Shown one piece after another: positions 1 through 12,809 of a stretch of DNA of 64,000 nt. The stretch covers positions 577,371 to 641,370 of the forward strand of contig NW_003314362.1 in the NCBI RefSeq assembly GCF_000143415.4, given 5' to 3'. The position numbers were made by a program, and so were the translations under genes. The DNA is from Selaginella moellendorffii (lineage: Eukaryota; Plantae; Lycopodiophyta). Position 1 is the first letter of the stretch; each line of letters begins with the position of its first letter. The notes below the pieces were generated by a model. That model ran no database searches. It was given only the letters and a program-made list of their open reading frames with translations, and was not told the DNA's origin.

Positions 1-111
1 AAATATTACTGCATAGTGTAGAAAATTATTTCAAGTTAAATTTTTAATATTTCAGAAAATCAATACTATAAGTATTTAAATTATTTGTATTTTACTTAAA
101 ATAAAAAGTGA

Positions 112-721
112 TTAACAAGGATAGGTATTTGATGACCATCTTGCCTTAATAAAAGGATGATGAGAAAACACTCTTTGTAAAGATTCATATAAGACTAAGT
201 TACAATCATTTTGTAAAGATAAAATATAAATTGATTTATCACAAAAAGTATTTGGTGACCAGACAACATTATTACTATTTGAATATAAAACTATGTTTCC
301 ATCTATTTGCATTTTAAATTCACAATTCTTATATTTATCTGATCCTACAAACCATTTTTTTTTTTTTTCAAATATATAGCCAAAATACAATTGAGATGTA
401 AATATAAAATAGCTTTTCTATTTGGAGATAATAAAAATGTTTCCCATGATCATATTCAATATTATTATCATTTGTATTACATTGATCATAGTGTTTTCCA
501 GATGTACTATATAGCCACATTTGATTAATAACATTTAATGAACCAATAATATCATCTTGTACTGTAAATGGAAATTCCATACTTTGTCCTTTAGGGAATT
601 CTTCTGAGGATATATTATTAATAATTAATTCCTTTGCATATAAGATTAAATCAATACTCTCTTGACTTATTGTATTTTTTCCCCCATAGCCAAGTATAGA
701 ATTCATTTTAAACAAATGCAA
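112..721 (-). pseudogene. Frameshifted gene with an unknown N-terminal region and a C-terminal bulb-type (GNA/B-) lectin domain
   Basis: ORF 112..390 has QxDxNxVLY repeats (CEFKMQIDGNIVLY...VVWSPNT...LSLQNDCNLVLY). The upstream part is in another frame (368..721). Very AT-rich. Confidence 0.6.
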
Positions 722-2693
722 AATATCAGCAAACTTATTAATTTCATAGTTTATTAATAAATAGAATGAACATCTAATATTCTGAAATTTATATTTAATT
801 TCTATATAATACTACCAATATTTTAAATTAATAAATTAAAATATATAGTCATAGACTCATAATATAATATTATTATATTTAAAGTAAAATTATATTTTTT
901 TATTATCTTTTTTTATTAGTTAATCATATCTGTTAGTTGTGATTTTTTTTCTTATAAAAAGAAGGAATTGTTAAATTTTGTGGGCCACCAAATCCAGTCA
1001 ATAGCAAATGTCAAATGGTGGGTAACTGTTAAAAGGGTTAGTTTTTTCTAACCATGTGTTATGTTGATGTTTGTTGTTAGCCAATGGGAGGTTGCGAACT
1101 GCTTGGGGTGACAGAAGAAAGTGTTATGACACATGTCACATGCAACTGTGTTGACAAAATTGCATTGGTCAAACCAAGAAGGCATTATGACAAGTGCATG
1201 TGCTTAATGATGTGGCCAAAAATAAGTAGAGCATAGGACCAAAGGCTGTAATTAACTTTGGTTTAATCAACTATTTAATTCAAGAGCTCTTTATGATGGC
1301 AGTGGCAGCCAGTGACTCTACCTTAGGGTCTCAAGACCATGTAAAATATAGTTATCAATCATTGCTAAATGATGTTTCTTTGTAGCAGCAAACTCAAGAT
1401 AGGTGGAACTAGGTTTTGTTTTAACCTAATAAAGCAGAATGCAAGCATTTTCCTTTCTAAGAATTGAGCACTCTACACAACTTAGTGCTTTAGGTACTTA
1501 GTCTATCCAATACAGTACTTTACTAGGAATAGGTGAGCAAATAGACTTCAAACAGCCATTAGGTCCCTTTGCTACTTTAGCAAGTATCAGCATTTGGCTT
1601 CTTTTCTTCTTAAACTTTTTTGTAGCCAAATCCAAACATTAAGACACATATTTCTAGCCAAGTGCCCTGTGGCATTATAGAAGGTACTCAATCTTATAAT
1701 GTGTTGTTTATGGGTTTGTAATCACAAATTATATAGCATTCTAGACCCTAGCATATGGAATTTGATTGTCTCCTTTGAGGAAACATGATATGCATATGTG
1801 GATCTACAACTTCATTCAGGTGGTGAGCCATAGCTTATATATGTAATAACTTGGTATAGTAGTTGTGATTTCCAACATGAGGTCCATTCAACAAATATGG
1901 CATTGACATCATCAATTTCACTTACAATTATAGCATGCAAATGCTACTGATAAATATAGCCACCTTTTCAAGCCATCTAATTGGCTCTGAATTCAACACT
2001 ATAGGGTTAAAGCTAAGAATCAGAAATATTATTTAGGGCTCTATCCTCTCTCATGGCTAGAAAAGGCTCTTTCAGTGCTTAACTTTGTCAGACCATTAGA
2101 CATTGTTCCATTGAGTCAATTTGTAAGAGATGCTTCTACTTAAACCTTTGCAACAATTACTACAGCAATCACTGGTGTATATCAAACACCTTAATACTTG
2201 CTATGCATAGATACTGATTGTCACAGATGGTACAGGATCTGGATGCTCCAGCAAGAGATCCCATAAGAGGCATCATAATATGTGGAGGGCAATTTATGCT
2301 AGAGAATGTCTAGTAAAATAAATAAAAGGAAAAGTTTGACAAAGAAAGGCCTTGAAATATGATTAAAACTTCACCTTCTTGAACCTTATTCCGAGAATAT
2401 TCCATGGCCTGCTTTGGCAGTTAAATTTGAGTGCTTAACTGGATAGGATTGAGTCGGACATTCTCCAAGTTGCCAATGCTCTGATATGGTGGCTTGAGTA
2501 CTAGAGCCCCTCAATGGAAAAATGATCTACGACCAAGAGAATGTCACGAGTTTCATTATCACAAGAAAGAGACCTGTTTCTCTTGAGTCGTAAAACTGAA
2601 AGGAAAGAACCACCCGCCAGCATCTTGGCTGGATAAACAGAACAAAACACGGTTAAGAGGAGGAGCTAAAAGATTGATTGTGTGAAACTTGCC

Positions 2694-4123
2694 TCAGGGG
2701 AAACGAAGGCTGGGAGTGTAGACAAGCTTGAGAAAATCCGCAGCTCCACTCATGAACGTGCCGATTGGAAGATGAGGCTCCGGCAAGCACTGGAAGTAGA
2801 CGGCAGAGTTGTGCAGACTGACAAACCAGCACTGCATCGTCGGCTCCTCCGCAATGTTCTTGCCTTCGTACATGAGAGATCGGCCGTCCCACTTCTTGAG
2901 ATCCCATGCATTGCTCTTTTGCACCGGGACGTGAAGGAAAAGCGCATGTCCGAAGCCCCACACCTCCATCATCCCGAACATAAGCTTGTTCGTCGGCAGG
3001 ATCTCGCTCGGCACCTGGAGCTCCGCTGTCATCACCAGCTTCTCCTGCTCGATCACAGCCTTGAATAACTTGCCCGTGTCTTTGTCAGCTACGACCATCA
3101 TCGTTTCGCTGCTGCTGTCAATCATGAAGCTCATAAGCATCAAGTCCTCTGGGATGTCCACCGGAGTCGGGAGCCACTCCATTTTGGCGATGTCAAAGCG
3201 AGCAATCTTCTCGGGACGGTTGTTGACGTTGTTGGAGGTGCAGTAGAGCAGCGAGTTTGCGATGAAACACTGGTGTGCCTTGCATAGAGCGCGGAAAGGG
3301 AGCACAAATCCTGGAGGAAACCCGGTGATGGACGTCCAGGAACCAGTCTCGGAGCAGTAGACGCGCATGAAGGGCTGCTTGTAGTCATGAATGTCCGGCA
3401 CTGGGATCGGGCGGTCTACCGGCTGGACGACGCTCATTTTGTAGAGAAATCCACTGATCTCGTCCGCGTCCATCACACCCATGGTGAAAACCTTGTATGA
3501 AGAGGCCGAACGCGAGCACTGGATGGCTGATGGTAAAAGAGGTGTAAGCTTTGTTCTTTCCTTTTCAATCAGCTCGAGCCACTTACCGGAGTAGACGATC
3601 TCTTTGCCAGAGCTCATATCCAACGCCGGGAGCTTCTTGGTCTCCTTGGTGAGAGGATTCACCTAGAAAAAGAAAGAAAGAGACTCGTGAGTCTTGTCTA
3701 GAGCGATTGATCAGAAAAAAAAACCAAAGCTCTCTCTTCGGAAGTGATATCGAGAGAAAAAAGGAAGTTCTTTCCTACCACGGTGAAATGGCCCTGGGAG
3801 TCCCGGAGCAGCAGGAGGCCGAGCGAGCACGAGACGATGCTAGTGTCCTGCGCCGTAGGGATCCACGGCTGGCGAGAGAAGCGCCTTGGCTTGCCGGTCA
3901 TCGCATCATTTCCAATCACGAAGCCCGTGCGGCCATGAATGAAGAGAAACCATGGCCTGGCGCTGATGATCATCTCATACCTCCGCAAGAAGCTCTTTGT
4001 CGTGGAAATGCGGCGCCAGAACTTGCAAACCGTGCGCGATCGCAGGAGATCTTCGAGCGGGAGCTTGGCGAGGATCATCTCCAGGAGCGATCGCGGCAGA
4101 GGAAGCGGCAGTGGGGACTCCAT
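2694..4123 (-). CDS. F-box protein with C-terminal beta-propeller/FBA-like region; exons 4123-3779, 3662-3587, 3526-2694
   Basis: N-terminal F-box (LPRSLLEMILAKLPLEDLLRSRTVCKFW), then 'VSCSLGLLL...VVNPLTK'. GT-AG introns at 3778-3663 and 3586-3527 have positional equivalents in the paralogue at 62562-64000. Confidence 0.88.
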
Positions 4124-4221
4124 GGCTCTCTTGAATCGCCACGAAAAACCTCAGATAAACCCTAGAAGGCTTTCACTTCATTTCGTGAGCTCGAAGTTTA
4201 GAATATTCGGCGATTGCTCGA

Positions 4222-4460
4222 CTCACCAAGTCAATCTCGCCTTTGAGCTGCTTAATTCTCGGCTTGTATCCACACTTGCCCCTGTGATCGCTCAATCACA
4301 ATGGAAAGAGAGAGAAACCAACCTGATACATTTGCAGCTCGGATGCCATTGCTTTCATTTGCCTCGTCTTCTCCTTTGAACTTTTCAAGTAGACCGCCAA
4401 TTGTTCTACCATCTCTGGTCTTGCCAAGATGTTTCAAAGCTCCACGTACAGCTTTTTGTT
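4222..4460 (-). pseudogene. Duplicated genomic fragment of the last two CFAP58 exons plus the intervening intron
   Basis: Reverse complement matches ~55040-55315 (e.g. gagatggtagaacaattggcggtctac...gcaaatgtatcaggttggttt; ggatacaag...cagctcaaaggcgagattgact). Confidence 0.85.
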
Positions 4461-6279
4461 CTAAGCAAACGAGATAAACTTTAGGGTTGTGAAATATACG
4501 CTTATAGTCTTTAAATACAATCTTTATATTCTTTCACTTTTAGCGATCCATGCTACTGCATCTCATAGTTACCATACCAATAGCATTGAGCCATAGGCTT
4601 TGTCTATTGATTCGTTACAACTGTGGTGGAGAGTCAGACATTCAGCCTTTGGCATCATCTGAAGATCCTTGATTACTGCTGGTGGTGATGAACTCACATA
4701 ACTCTTAAAGACCGGAGCAGGCATGTGAAGCACTTCGTCTATTTGTTACTGTCTTTTCTTTATAAGAATCAATTTTTAAAATTTCAAATTTTGTCAAACA
4801 AAGAAAATACTATTCTGCATGTGTTTATTTTTTCCCCATGTTCAATTATAGAATATTTCATTTTATAGAAAGGTATGGCATCCTTAAAAAATTTAAAATT
4901 AAAGTTTAACTTAAAATAGTGTTTAAATTGTTTGAATTTAGTTAATAATTATATACTAATAAATAAAAGAATAAAGAAACATGCTAATTATAATATAGAT
5001 ATCAAGCAATTTTTGCAAAAATAGAAGTATTTTAACCTTTAAGCTTTTGCTCACAAAACCTGTGTGACCAGTTTAACCATTTGGACCTTGATCATGTTTT
5101 GAATGGTGAAAAGATCAAAGTAAACAAGAGAAGACCACAACTTTTGCAAAATAACAATGTGAGTTAAATAGCTTAAATTAACTATATTCAAGTTAAGCAA
5201 AACATATTAGGGCTTGTTAACCAGGAGACTTTATCATATATACAATAATGGCCAGTTCAGTGTACTTAGTTTAGCCTTCCAAAACACTCTTGCAAGTTAC
5301 CCAAGTTTGCTATACGAAGATCACACCAGTCCATGTTTGCTCAGATTCTCGATGAATTCCACAAGACAATGTGGGAATCATCAAGCTTGTATAAGCCCAC
5401 ACTGACCATTTGCATTTAATCTAATTTCTACATTGAAGATCCACCAAAAGCCATTTTTGCTTGAGGTTCTCTCTCATTGTTTCACATCTTGTATGAAAGC
5501 TTTGAGATGGTGACGGTCGTGTGATACGGTACCTGGCCAATGACACGCACTTAGCAAAGATGCGAGCTCCAGTTCCTTGCGCACAGGGGAGAAGATTCGG
5601 CAATGCTGGAGAAGGGATCAAATCAGTGCTTTATTCATTCTACACATTTTTCTGCCCAGCTTTTCCTGCATTTTGAATCAAGATTGATGAACTTGAAAAG
5701 CAAATGAATATACCAGAAAGGCACCTTACGTAAAAGCCCAGCCTTCACTCAGTCTTTCACTCATCAGATTCCTGAAAGAGATCCATAGCAGCCACCCAAG
5801 CTCCCCTTGCAAACCTTTTCAAAATGAACGTACACCCAAAGCCTGCTTACTACTTCATTAATGGACTTTACCATCTCGAACTTATCAAAAACTGTCACAC
5901 AAGATCGAATGCACAAGTAGAAGTTTTGGATCAAAATAACACAAGAAAGAAGTTTAAGAAGCACTTCACAAGAGAAAATGTGTCAGTGAACAGATTACAC
6001 ATTCTCTAAGAGGTTGACAGCTTCAATCAAGATGGCTGCAAGAAAATGGAATATCACAAAGACACGGCCATGCAAATTTTCGATATAGAAGTATGCCTAG
6101 TTTGAGTTTGGGTGTATGGAACCCGAAAGCCATTTGCATCAGCTATAGTTTAGCGTAGTTGTCTAGTGCCAAGAATGGCGTTGTCTCCATCTCCTGTACA
6201 AAAGCATTGGAGAGGAGTACGTACAGCAACAATCGCGTGGGTGATAAGATCCAAGGCTGCCCGTGCGGCCTGGTCAGCG

Positions 6280-6755
6280 TCACAATGCAAACCTGGGCAG
6301 AGATGCGAGCTCCACTTCGTCCGGGACGAACGGCATGCTCATCGCCAGATCGATCGCGTCGCCCAACCGGCCGATCCACGCCAGGAAATCCGCATGAGAA
6401 GTGTGATCGCTCAGCCCAGACGCCGTGATCCGCGAGCAGCGACTGGAAGTGGTGGCAGCTCTCATTGATCAGTGAGGACGGTGAGGAGCGTCATGCCGTC
6501 GGGATCCACTCCCGCGATCCACATCAAGCGCAGCAGCTGGATGCCGTGATCCAGATCGCCGTTGTTGGAGTGGCCGGCCATCATCGTGTTCCAGAGCGTC
6601 ATGTCCGGATTGGCGATGCCAGAGAAGAGAGCCCACGTCCCAGTCTTGGAGTAGACGTTGAACATCGCCATGAGGGACAGCTGATCCGGCTGTGTGGTTG
6701 CGGACTGGGTCATGGAGTGGAAGAGATCCGCGGAGCTGGGATCCCAAGACACCAA
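6280..6755 (-). pseudogene. PLS-class PPR gene remnant
   Basis: PDMTLWNTMMAGHSNNGDLDHGIQLLRLMWIAGVDPDGMTLLTVLT, followed in another frame by an S2/E1-like GRLGDAIDLAMSMPFVPD. Frameshifted and truncated. Confidence 0.65.
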
Positions 6756-8099
6756 AGAAAGAAATTTTTCTGTGGTACCACAGCAAGAAGCTGGTCATTG
6801 TCAAATGGCATAATGCCATAAACTTCCAATTCTCTTCCAAGTCTGGTATGCAAAAAAAAAAAAAAGAAACGGCTTCAGCAACATTTACCAACCAAAGAAT
6901 TTGACGTGATGATCCAAGCAAATGCAAGGAAATATCACTCCTTTCCTGCCTCAGCTGGCACCTCCCTGCTTTATAGACTCAAAACTAAGAAACCTCACAA
7001 ATGCTTACTATCTTAAATTGTAGTGAATAACTGTCCACCAGTTTGCATCCATTCTAATCTTCATGTTGTTTTATGCTGTTGATCTTGCAAAGAGGGTTGC
7101 AGATGGGAAGATCATAGCCTGTAACAAAGCAAAGATATATTAGAGAAATATACAACAAAGCTGTAGTCCAGTGCTAAAACTGCATTCAAAAGGTCACCAT
7201 AACACACATGAATCTTCAGGTGAAACTTTTCTTACCCACGAATGTCTAAAGGTTTCCAAGTTAAACTTATGTCATCTCTAGTTTAATAGTCTCAAGATGT
7301 TACAACCTGTGACACACAGATCATGATTAGCAAAATGGACAAGAGGAATTTGAAATAAAATTGTTGATTATTCAGTCTATGTTAAATTCCATGTTACGTC
7401 ATTATGAAGACCCTAGTCCCCAAGGGCAATAAGAAATTGCAAGATTGATTATAGGAAGTTGGTTTAAATTTAAAGCAATTGAAATGTGTATTTGGGTTCA
7501 AAAACACAATTTATTTTGGGTACTATATTTTTTATGAGAGTTTGCAAATTGATCTTGACAAACTTATGACTGTTCAATATGCCTTATTCAAAAGTGTGTG
7601 AATAATGTGTAACACAAAAAAGACGTCACTATGCTTCACTTTGGACAATCATTCCTTCAGTGCTAGGACTGAGGAGACCACCACATATGGGAGACCTCAA
7701 TGCTTGAGTCAAAATAACTCTTAGGCTTGTGGTGATGACACGGTGATGAAGAAGAGGGGAGACATTGTTGAATGTATTGTGAATTTTATGATAACCAAAA
7801 AGCACTCCATTTCACTGATTCACCTCCATAAGTGGGTTTTGTTACCACAATCCACTAGAATTCTAATGTAATAACTTGTGATTCAACTTGGAGCAAGAAA
7901 ATTTCGATCAATCTGGCATCCAAAACAAAATATCCCAGTTCAAAGCATAAGAATTACCAAAAAGAGAAAATGAAAGAGATAAATACATAAAAATCACAAA
8001 ACCCTCAGATTTGAATAACCATAACTATTTCTTAGAGAGTGCTACATTTTAACCATCAATTTCAAGAATCAGATGTCAATAGCACTTTTAAATAAAGAA

Positions 8100-8790
8100 G
8101 TATATATGTATATGTATATGTATGTGTATATGTATATACATATATGTATATATCTGTGTGTCTATGTGTCTGTGTATACTTCTATGTATTTATTTATTTA
8201 TTTAACACTTTTACTGAAGAACATACTTCCAAAATTATATATGCTTTATACTTTAGTAACAAGTATTTATTATATAAAAAAACAAACTAGTTATCAACTT
8301 CTTTATTTTTTAAATATATCTTGTAGCTATTGTGGTATCACCTGTATTCTGGAAATTATCCACCATCATTTTGTGTTTCTTGATAATAATCTCTTTGAAA
8401 GTGGGACTTGTATTCACCTTTTCATAGCAAGTGATTATCTAGAAACTTGGACCATGAGTCATATTATTTTTACCAATTCATATAACTCAGGATCATATAA
8501 CCAGCTTTTCATATAAAAACTAAGTGGCTTATGTTTTTATAAATCTAAACCAAAACTATTATGATTCTAAAAAATATGAAAAGCTATATAAAAAGTTGAT
8601 AATATGACTTACTTATCACTTTTGTATGCAATTCTAAATAACAAAACATTTCAGGAAACATACATACATACATAGATACATACACACAAAAGTATATGTA
8701 CATACATATATATATACATATATACAAACATAAATATATACATACATAAATATATATATATATATACTTCTATATATATCTTTGTGTTGT
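8100..8790. repeat. (TA/TATG)n low-complexity microsatellite tracts
   Basis: tatatgtatatgtatg tract at ~8100-8190 and catacata tract at ~8655-8780. Confidence 0.7.
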
Positions 8791-8989
8791 GTGTGAGAGA
8801 GTGTATGGAATATGGAATTAGAATATAAAAATGTACATATCAATTAATCTAAAAACCCTAGTTTATATATAAAAGTGAGTGGTCCAAATTGAAATTAATC
8901 TAACGGCTATCAAAATCCACTACACTAATATTACTTACAGCTAGTAATATTAGTATATGGCATCATACTTATACACTTGGATCTCACAT

Positions 8990-10820
8990 TATCCCCTCCT
9001 CTCAGAAATATGGAAAGAAGTTAGAGTTCTCTTTTTGATGGGTTGAGATTTAGAAGAACATTAGGAGGAGGCACTAGTGGATTTGTAGGTGGTATTGAAG
9101 CATTTTAGTTGTTGCACATACACAAGTTTTAGAGGATTGGCTTGATGAATATTATATTGGACCTCATAAACTTGTAGTCTAACTTGTTACAACACTTAAT
9201 ATAATCCCTTCCACTAAATAAGGAGCCCTTTAGTATCGTAAGATTGGGAAAATGGACTAACACCAAATCATCCACCTTGTACTCTGTAGATGGACGATGA
9301 TGGGAATTACAGCACCATTGTTGTCCCACTTATATATGGCCGAAATGTTCAACAAATTCCACTTTGACAAATGGAAGAATGCTTGTTAAATTTTGATCCC
9401 AAGACCTAGTATTGGCAATTCGTAGCAATTCAAAGGTAAATTAACTCCATTAGCAATTTCAAGTCATGACCATGTAGAAGTTACATGATGAAACACTAAT
9501 ATAACTCTATACTTCTGTAACATATGCAAACCAAAAAGACGGCAAATAACCATCTCAATCCAAATGTTGAAAGTTCACATACTTTGGGATTATCCCTTTA
9601 AAAGTCCAAATGAGCCATTTCACCAAACCATTTATTTGTGGATGATAAGCACTTGAAAAAGTGTGGCATATCCCTAGCTAAGATATTAAAACGTGAAATG
9701 CCTCAGCTATAAATGCAAAACTATTATTTAAGAGAATCCACTCTAGATAAAAATATTAGAATTTCACTCAATTAAGGAGGAAGTACTCAACAACAGTCAC
9801 TAATCCATCAGCAAAAGCACCAACTTCCATTTAACATTATCTTTCATTTGGTTTGACAACTGCAAATAGACATTTACGAATCTCAAAAAGCTATTAACGA
9901 CTCTTTTAATTTTAGCGTATTCATATTACACTCGACTTTTCATTTTGCATGTGGATGCTTCAAATATCAACCTTAAGGGTGTCTTAATGCAAGAAAGTAT
10001 GAGTGTGCATGATCAGTATTATCTCATTATGCACATCAGTTGTACATTACAACTAGTGGAAGTGAACTACTCCATAATAGAGGAGTGTTTAACAGCAGTT
10101 TAGGGTTTTAAGAAACTCCATATATATTTGGATGGTTTTCAAATGTTGTTAAAAGGTGATCATATTACAATTACTCCGTTATTGAAGCGAAAAGACTTAG
10201 TTGGTCATACTGTTTGATGGGTTTTGAAACTTTAGATATATGATTTTAAAGTTATTTATCACCTAAAGCGTTCTATGGCTAATGTTGATGCCCTTTTTCG
10301 AACTCCTCTCCCTTCTTCACTCTTTTCTCTTATTCTTGATAAGCCTGTTCTAACACCTATGGATTTTCTACACTAGAATTCTGTGTTGTCAGTGGTTGCT
10401 ATACTTGATGTATAGTGTCTACAAGATGCAAAACAAAATTTACTTTTTTCTTGACGAGGTTCATAAGGCTCAAAAGTTGAGTTGTGGATCCGAGGGCTTC
10501 GTGAGGGGTTTGAAAATTTTGCATCACTTGTTGATGACTTGCTGTTTCGGCATTTACATTCTTAATATTGCCTTAAGGATAACCTTCTTTATTTTGTTAG
10601 GATTGATCTTGATAATTATTTACGATTGGTGGTACCTTCGATATTTATTCCCCAGTTTCTCCATGCTTATTATGACTCTCCTATTCTAAGCGAGCATATG
10701 GGCTATATACATATAACTGAGAAGCTACATAAGTCTTTCTATTAGTTGGAGATATGACATGATGTTGTGTAGTTGTGTTTGGTGCCAAGCCCATAACATT
10801 ACCCCTTGTGCTACTGAAGG
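8990..10820. mobile_element. Highly degenerate Ty3/gypsy pol remnants (integrase on - at ~9000-9870, RNase H-like on + at ~9900-10300)
   Basis: Minus strand SAYHPQINGLV integrase motif near 9630-9655 and a PPT-like gagaggagggg near 8990-9005. Plus strand HVDAS...GVLMQ and YDFKVIYH...NVDAL RNase H-like motifs. Many stops. Confidence 0.6.
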
Positions 10821-12809
10821 ATGTAAGCCACAAAATTTTTACTTTCCAATTTGCTAACTTACCTTGTCTATTCGACCAATATTGCCTTAGCGTTAGTTAA
10901 TTTCTCTTGCCAAAGTTCTCGCCTATTGTACTAGTTCTTAGTTGGTCCTACTTAGCTTCAACAACTCACTACACGAGCAATAAAGTGTTAGCCATCGATC
11001 CATAGATTCCCAAATGCTCTTCCAATCCCCGTCCCCAGGTTAGACTGGACTTAAAGTTTAGCTACACTCCCCGCAAGCACAAGTAGCCAAACACACCAAG
11101 CCTCTAAGTTCCTAACATCCCTCGGTACAACAAACTTTAATCATAGGACCCTCTAAATCCCAAGCCTTGGATGCAACACTTGCTTTGGGGCATTGAGGGG
11201 AAACACTGTGGCCTAATGGCCCAGTATAGGTACCTCTACTCCCCCACTTCCATCCCGAAGGGAAGGCCTAAGCCCCTAGGAAAAAGCAAGGATCAATGAA
11301 CCACAAGATACTTAAGTGGGGTACTATTTCACATAAGCCGAGAGCACTGCAGTTGGTTTCCCTACCGGGAGTGGGAGCTGCTCTTGAGCACTTCCTTGGG
11401 TGGCCCTTCCGGCGCCACCCGAGTTTATGCTCACTCCCACCCAAGGCCTCTAAGCCCCAGTCTCAACCTCAAATTAGTTTGGAAACACCACTAGAGAGTT
11501 CTTTCAAGACTGATTCCTGGACCTCACTATCCTTATTATACGTTTGGAACCCCCTGCAGCCCCCTCCCCCTAGCCCCTTAGGAGACACATGCTTTGGGTT
11601 TTCACCCCACAACTTGTATTAGTATTCAGACTTGATCTTAGAATCGATCTTGGACTCAACCTCGGTCTCGGCCTCAGTCTCTATCTCAAACTCGATCTTG
11701 GACCCAACCTCGGACTCGGTCTCGGACCCAATCTCGGACTCGGTCTCGGACCCGATCTTAGATCTCAAACTCAGTCTTGAACTCAGTCTCGAAGTCAGTC
11801 GGACTTGGTCTTGGAGTCAATCTCTGAAAAACTCCTGGAATCTCTAAACTGGGAGGAAACATCCAAACAAGATCTTCCTAGGAGTTTCAAATCTAATCTA
11901 GTCCCTAAAACTAAAACTACACTACGAGATGTGTGCACTTACCTGCTTGTGCCAAGCCAAGTAGAGACTGTGAACATGTGCTTGAAGGTGCTAGTCCCAC
12001 GCCTTTGATCCCTTGAAGGCGGTGGGTAAGTAAGACATTGCTGTGAAGGGCCGAAGAGATAGGCAGAACGACGATGTATTGCAATGTATTTTGTATTAGG
12101 GATAAGTCTAAAAACATTCTAAGTCCTACTTTTATAGTCGCTACTGCTCACATCAAGGTTAGGAATACAGTCCTAACCTTGAACCTCTCAAGTTTACTTT
12201 CCTAAGCTTGAATCCTCGAGCTTGTCTTTTTCTCCCTTCTCCACTCTCCCACGACTGCCTTGTGCTGCGTCCCGCAGTCACTGCTCCATTGCTGCATCGT
12301 GGGTAGCTGCTCCCTCATGTGGCTCCTCCTCCTCTTCCTCCTCTTCATAAGTCTGAGCTGCTTCCTCAAAGTCTTGTGATCTGAATTTGACCAGCTTCTT
12401 CCCGAGATCAGTTGCACAAATGCCTCTTCTCGAAACTTTAAACATCCGACTTGAAACAGCCACGACTTCTCCTGGACGGCTTTCAGTTTTGCTGCTTTAC
12501 TACTTACTTCCTCTACTCCTACAGAGCTACAAAGGATGAAACCAGCTTGCCTCTGTCCCACCAGAACCTGAGAAACACACTTCCTTGTCTCTTCACCAAC
12601 TTCACACCAGCCACCTTCAAATTCAAACTTTGGCCTGGGTATACGGCTCCTCTTGATGGCTGCTCCACAAGGTTCTAAACTTCTACACCTCTTTGTTGTC
12701 CAACATCTTCTTCTTTCTTCTTCACAACAGCTTTCTGCTCCAAGCCAGCTTGACCAGCTGCTGCCTGTTCCACGTCAAACTCTGGCATTGAATTTTTCTT
12801 CTGCTCCGT

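Noticed and set aside
8073-8843. ORFs rich in Y/I/M/V
   Set aside because: They are translations of TA/TATG microsatellites.
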